The notes below the pieces were generated by a model that was given only the letters and a program-made list of their open reading frames with translations, was not told where the DNA came from and made no database searches. From an uncultured virus (IMG/VR IMGVR_UViG_3300020056_000009) (lineage: Duplodnaviria > Heunggongvirae > Uroviricota > Caudoviricetes), in IMG/VR virus record IMGVR_UViG_3300020056_000009: a DNA stretch of 20,000 bases. One strand, 5' to 3'. This document shows, in pieces, positions 16,786 to 20,000 of the stretch. The first letter of the stretch is position 1. Every line of letters starts with the position of its first letter. Position numbers and translations under genes: made by a program.

Positions 16786-16941
16786 CTACCACTTATTTAG
16801 AGGACAAGTAGCCAAAGGAAGTTGGGTCTTTAATTTCATATTACAACCACAGATATTACAATACGAACCAGTTAATTTGCGTTGCAGTTCTGGGCAAGCC
16901 CGGCAGATCGACATTCTTTCATCAAATTGCTTAAAGCCCAT
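16786..16941 (-). CDS. small Cys-rich protein, DUF6171-like (51 aa)
   Basis: Below the track cutoff: MGFKQFDERMSICRACPELQRKLTGSYCNICGCNMKLKTQLPLATCPLNKW*. R..IC..C...C..CGC...K...CP..KW pattern; TATAAATAT 21 nt upstream. Confidence 0.8.
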   Translation of the reverse strand: MGFKQFDERMSICRACPELQRKLTGSYCNICGCNMKLKTQLPLATCPLNKW

Positions 16942-16973
16942 AATATCGATATATTTACACAGATATTTATAAT

Positions 16974-17441
16974 TTATGGTGTGTCAAACATTCCATCGGG
17001 TTTTACTACCAAAACAGGAATGCCTTGCTGTTGATACCAATCAGTCCATTTTAATTTTCGAGGATTAGATTTAATTTGTCGTTGGTATTGTGGATTCGTT
17101 AAAACAAAGACGATATCTACGGGAATGGGCCAAATTGGAAGTCCTCTTTGGTCATCAGGGGTCCAATTAATTATTCCCAAAGCAGGAGTCATCGTGGTAG
17201 ACAACTTAGGAAGAGATGGTAATTTAGTAGTCGGATCTTTCCAAGTCGCTTCGGTGCGATTTTGCCATTCTTCAAATAATTGTTGTATGGCTCGGTCTAA
17301 TTTATCAACTGCCGTCGTAGGACCTTTAGTATTAACCATAATTTCTCCCGGGTCATAACGATGAAACCCTCGTGCAGTTAGCCAATCCATAATAGCCCAA
17401 TGATTTCTTTGATAGGGAGTTCCCACAATTAAAACTTTCAT
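16974..17441 (-). CDS. hypothetical protein, possibly a degenerate SLOG/YspA-like Rossmannoid fold
   Basis: ATG 17441 overlaps the upstream stop; MKVLIVG...DIVFVL...GIPVLVV. The fold guess is weak. Confidence 0.6.
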   Translation of the reverse strand: MKVLIVGTPYQRNHWAIMDWLTARGFHRYDPGEIMVNTKGPTTAVDKLDRAIQQLFEEWQNRTEATWKDPTTKLPSLPKLSTTMTPALGIINWTPDDQRGLPIWPIPVDIVFVLTNPQYQRQIKSNPRKLKWTDWYQQQGIPVLVVKPDGMFDTP

Positions 17442-18400
17442 GATATCAACTCCCAATCTTTTAATTGTTTTAACATCCTTTTACTTACTTCCCAACCGTA
17501 TGGATAAAAATTAAGGGAACTATTTTTCATATCTCGTATAATTCTATTTACCACACCCCAATTTTTATATCCACTTCCTTTACAAACCTGACAATTAGAT
17601 AATCCTCGTTTATACACTTTTTGACCCGTGCCATCACAGTTGTGACAAGTTATGAGATCTACTGATTCAAAATCAGGTATCCAACCTAATTTTACTATTT
17701 CCCGAATCCGAGATTCGTATTGTCGTTGCGTAAGTTTTTGATTCCAAATATCGTCGGCTAATTCAGTAAATAAGATTTCTACCTCTAAAGCCTGTGCCAA
17801 TTCATTCCAATTATAATTGTTTTTAAGATTAAGATATCTTTTCTTTAGGGTTATAACATCGTGTAACATTTCATAAGCCTCCCAAAGTCGTGTATCTATT
17901 TCATACCAAGTCTGATAATCTCGATTTGTTTCCCATGATATCGGGAGTTCCATCGCTGTAACATATAAATCTGTCAAACGGGAAGCAATCAATTCTTTTA
18001 TTTCTATTAAGCGAGTCTTTACAGATATCCAAAATAATTTGTCATCTACCCTTTTGGCACCCTCCATCTTCTCCATTAGATAATTATAAAATTCATCGAT
18101 TATTTTTTGATTGTAATCTTGTGGCATTTGGATACCATATCTTTCAATTTTACCATAAAATAATGTAATTATTTCTTGTGCTATTTCCTGATCGGGTTGA
18201 TTAACATAGGGTAATAAATCTTGTGGATCTGTATCTGAGTCACCTATTTCTTTAGCCACACTAAAATAATCTTGGAAATATGGCAACGCCTCTTTATACC
18301 ACACTAAATAATCAAGACCCACTATCTCTTGCGAACCAATTTTAGAACTCATCTTTTGAGTTCGCCATTCATAATCATCAAAATCCCAATTGATGATCAT
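17438..18400 (-). CDS. helical hypothetical protein with a C-terminal DnaJ-type Zn finger
   Basis: CHNCDGTG...CQVCKGSG (two CxxCxGxG repeats); no J domain or HPD motif. Confidence 0.78.
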   Translation of the reverse strand: MIINWDFDDYEWRTQKMSSKIGSQEIVGLDYLVWYKEALPYFQDYFSVAKEIGDSDTDPQDLLPYVNQPDQEIAQEIITLFYGKIERYGIQMPQDYNQKIIDEFYNYLMEKMEGAKRVDDKLFWISVKTRLIEIKELIASRLTDLYVTAMELPISWETNRDYQTWYEIDTRLWEAYEMLHDVITLKKRYLNLKNNYNWNELAQALEVEILFTELADDIWNQKLTQRQYESRIREIVKLGWIPDFESVDLITCHNCDGTGQKVYKRGLSNCQVCKGSGYKNWGVVNRIIRDMKNSSLNFYPYGWEVSKRMLKQLKDWELIS

Positions 18401-18421
18401 ATTGATTGATTCGTCAAACGA

Positions 18422-19306
18422 CTATATTAACTTTTGTTGTTGCAGGGGCTTGCCATCGATTTGAACTTCTGGCACCCAATGGGTTGTTCGCTTATCGGCA
18501 GTTTCTTGTTTAACTACTTTGAATCCCAAAGGGTCATAAGGCTTGCTATACACCTTGAACTCAAATTTGTAGTCTCCGGTATCACCATTAGGCAATTTAT
18601 AATTCCTAATAGTTGCCCCACGAGCATTATAAGACGCATTAATTACCCACAACGACATCTGATATAATTTCTTCAATTGATTATCTGTCAAATCTGACAC
18701 TAAAGCCATAGGATAAATCTCTGCCATATACAAGGCTTCGGCCTTGATATAATTACCAATTCCAGTAATAACCTTTTGGTCCATTAAGACTTGTGTGATT
18801 TCTCGATGACCGAAACCCTTGCGGGTATGATTACCACGAATTCGGTCTACCCATTCTTCTTCCGTCGGCGGATTATTTAGTAGATCCGGACCTAATGATG
18901 CTAATTTGTCTTGTAAGCGTTGCGGATTGTTCTTAAAAATCTTAAAGGTGCCGAATTTCCGATAATCTACATAACAGATTTCGCTCTTATCGGTTTTAAA
19001 AACTAATCGACGATGCTTGTCATCGCCCTTCCCGGGTAATCGCCAAGTTCCTGACATTCCCAGCGTATGATGAATATGATAAATATCAGATCCATCTTGT
19101 AGCGTCATCCAAATAAACTTGCCTTTACAATCCACCTCTACAATCTCGGGATTTCGTGATACTGCCGACATAAAATCTTGGACATCATCCCTTACTTGAT
19201 TCTGAAACCAACCTTGGTCTTCTACTACTACCTCTTCTAACTTTGTTCCTGCTAACAACCGATGCAATCGTTCTGCAGTTCGCTTTACTTCTGGGCCCTC
19301 TGGCAT
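18422..19306 (-). CDS. Fpg/Nei-family DNA glycosylase/AP lyase with zincless finger
   Basis: N-terminal MPEGPEV, KGKFIW, LGMSG, DYRKFG, LGPD, H2TH LMDQKVITGIGNYIKAEALY; C-terminal KRTTHWVPEVQ with no Zn-finger Cys. Confidence 0.95.
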   Translation of the reverse strand: MPEGPEVKRTAERLHRLLAGTKLEEVVVEDQGWFQNQVRDDVQDFMSAVSRNPEIVEVDCKGKFIWMTLQDGSDIYHIHHTLGMSGTWRLPGKGDDKHRRLVFKTDKSEICYVDYRKFGTFKIFKNNPQRLQDKLASLGPDLLNNPPTEEEWVDRIRGNHTRKGFGHREITQVLMDQKVITGIGNYIKAEALYMAEIYPMALVSDLTDNQLKKLYQMSLWVINASYNARGATIRNYKLPNGDTGDYKFEFKVYSKPYDPLGFKVVKQETADKRTTHWVPEVQIDGKPLQQQKLI

Positions 19307-19330
19307 ATTTGATAATTATGTTATTACCTA

Positions 19331-19368
19331 TAAATAGATATAGTAGGGATTATAAAATAATCTTATGG
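19331..19368 (+). repeat. 38-bp promoter/start direct repeat, copy 1
   Basis: taaatagatatagtagggattataaaataatcttatgg matches 19861-19898 with 3 mismatches; contains the GATTAT-aaa-ATAATC inverted repeat and the ATG. Confidence 0.85.
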
Positions 19369-19859
19369 AAATAATAAATTGGTTGCGAGGAGGATCGATT
19401 TATATCTTAACCTTGCTATTCGATCCTTTGAGTTGTTCTGATATAACGACCAGTGACTATGGTATGGGCAAATTGCATATTAAAGGCCAAGACTATGACC
19501 AAGAATTTGGTGAAATGATTCCCACAGAGTTAAGATCACGCCCTGAGTTTACACAATGGGTTTTTGGTGACAAGGCGGAATTACTTGAAAACATAGAAAC
19601 TATTACCAATGGTTTAGCCTCCGTGATTTATAATCATCAAGTTAATACACACGATGATACTCCTTCCAATCCTTTAGGGGCTGTTCAAGTTAAACCTAAT
19701 CCATATATAGAAAATAAAACTCCTGATTGTATCATGGTAGTTGATATCCAATCTAATCCCAATTATTTTTCTACTGTCGAGGGCTATGATAACCAACCCT
19801 ACATCTATTATCGTCTTATTGTGACACAATTTGTTAGAAGTGGGTCGGAATGGCAATAG
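19365..19859 (+). CDS. hypothetical protein
   Basis: 164 aa, bounded by the two 38-bp repeats. Confidence 0.7.
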   Translation: MEIINWLRGGSIYILTLLFDPLSCSDITTSDYGMGKLHIKGQDYDQEFGEMIPTELRSRPEFTQWVFGDKAELLENIETITNGLASVIYNHQVNTHDDTPSNPLGAVQVKPNPYIENKTPDCIMVVDIQSNPNYFSTVEGYDNQPYIYYRLIVTQFVRSGSEWQ

Positions 19860-19860
19860 G

Positions 19861-19898
19861 TAAATATAAATAGTCGGGATTATAAAATAATCTTATGG
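19861..19898 (+). repeat. 38-bp promoter/start direct repeat, copy 2
   Basis: taaatataaatagtcgggattataaaataatcttatgg, 530 bp after copy 1. Confidence 0.85.
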
Positions 19899-20000
19899 GT
19901 TGGACTGTCGGTGACCTTTTCCCACGAAGTTTGATTCGAGGACTTACGGCTGAAACCCTTAATTTTGCCGCTACCGTGCAAGGTTCTTTAACCAATTCTA
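19895..20000 (+). CDS. 5' end of an ORF running off the window
   Basis: MGWTVGDLFPRSLIRGLTAETLNFAATVQGSLTNS..., open to the window end; TATAAATAG 21 nt upstream. Confidence 0.6.
   Translation, partial: MGWTVGDLFPRSLIRGLTAETLNFAATVQGSLTNS

Noticed and set aside
17438..18400. DnaJ chaperone
   Set aside because: Only two CxxCxGxG repeats; no J domain or HPD motif.
1..20000. Ordinary archaeal chromosome or eukaryotic giant virus
   Set aside because: No housekeeping operons and many orphans argue against chromosome. Archaeal TFB, SD sites and translational coupling argue against a giant virus despite the PTC7, Nei and PolX genes. A provirus or plasmid-like element cannot be excluded.

Overview
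Gene-dense, mostly minus-strand 20 kb segment that looks like part of a large archaeal (euryarchaeal/Thermoplasmatota-type) virus or extrachromosomal element. The host and virus identity are inferred; no capsid, terminase or integrase is in the window. Evidence: an intact archaeal TFB, archaeal TATA boxes at fixed spacing before most genes, GGTGA-type SD sites, a CCA-encoding tRNA-Leu(CAA), nucleic-acid enzymes typical of viruses (dNMP kinase, DinG/XPD helicase, solo Cas4-like nuclease, Hjc-related endonuclease, zincless-finger Fpg/Nei, minimal PolX) and many small Zn-finger or orphan ORFs. Three features stand out. (1) A 788-aa ORF built from unrelated domains (PolX, ADP-ribosyltransferase-like, DUF5872-like, an unknown domain with a Cys-less topo-ribbon, PCD-like), joined by a repeated [F/L]-x-A-E linker, which suggests a protease-processed polyprotein. 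(2) A window-wide promoter architecture of TATA, 20-22 nt, ATG, in which the spacer is repeatedly an inverted repeat of variable sequence with G-T-biased mismatches; some whole units are duplicated. (3) A short aromatic-x-AIN tail shared by several unrelated orphan proteins. A eukaryote-like PTC7 phosphatase and a Mimivirus-Nei1-like glycosylase are also present. Family calls come from motif recognition, not database searches.
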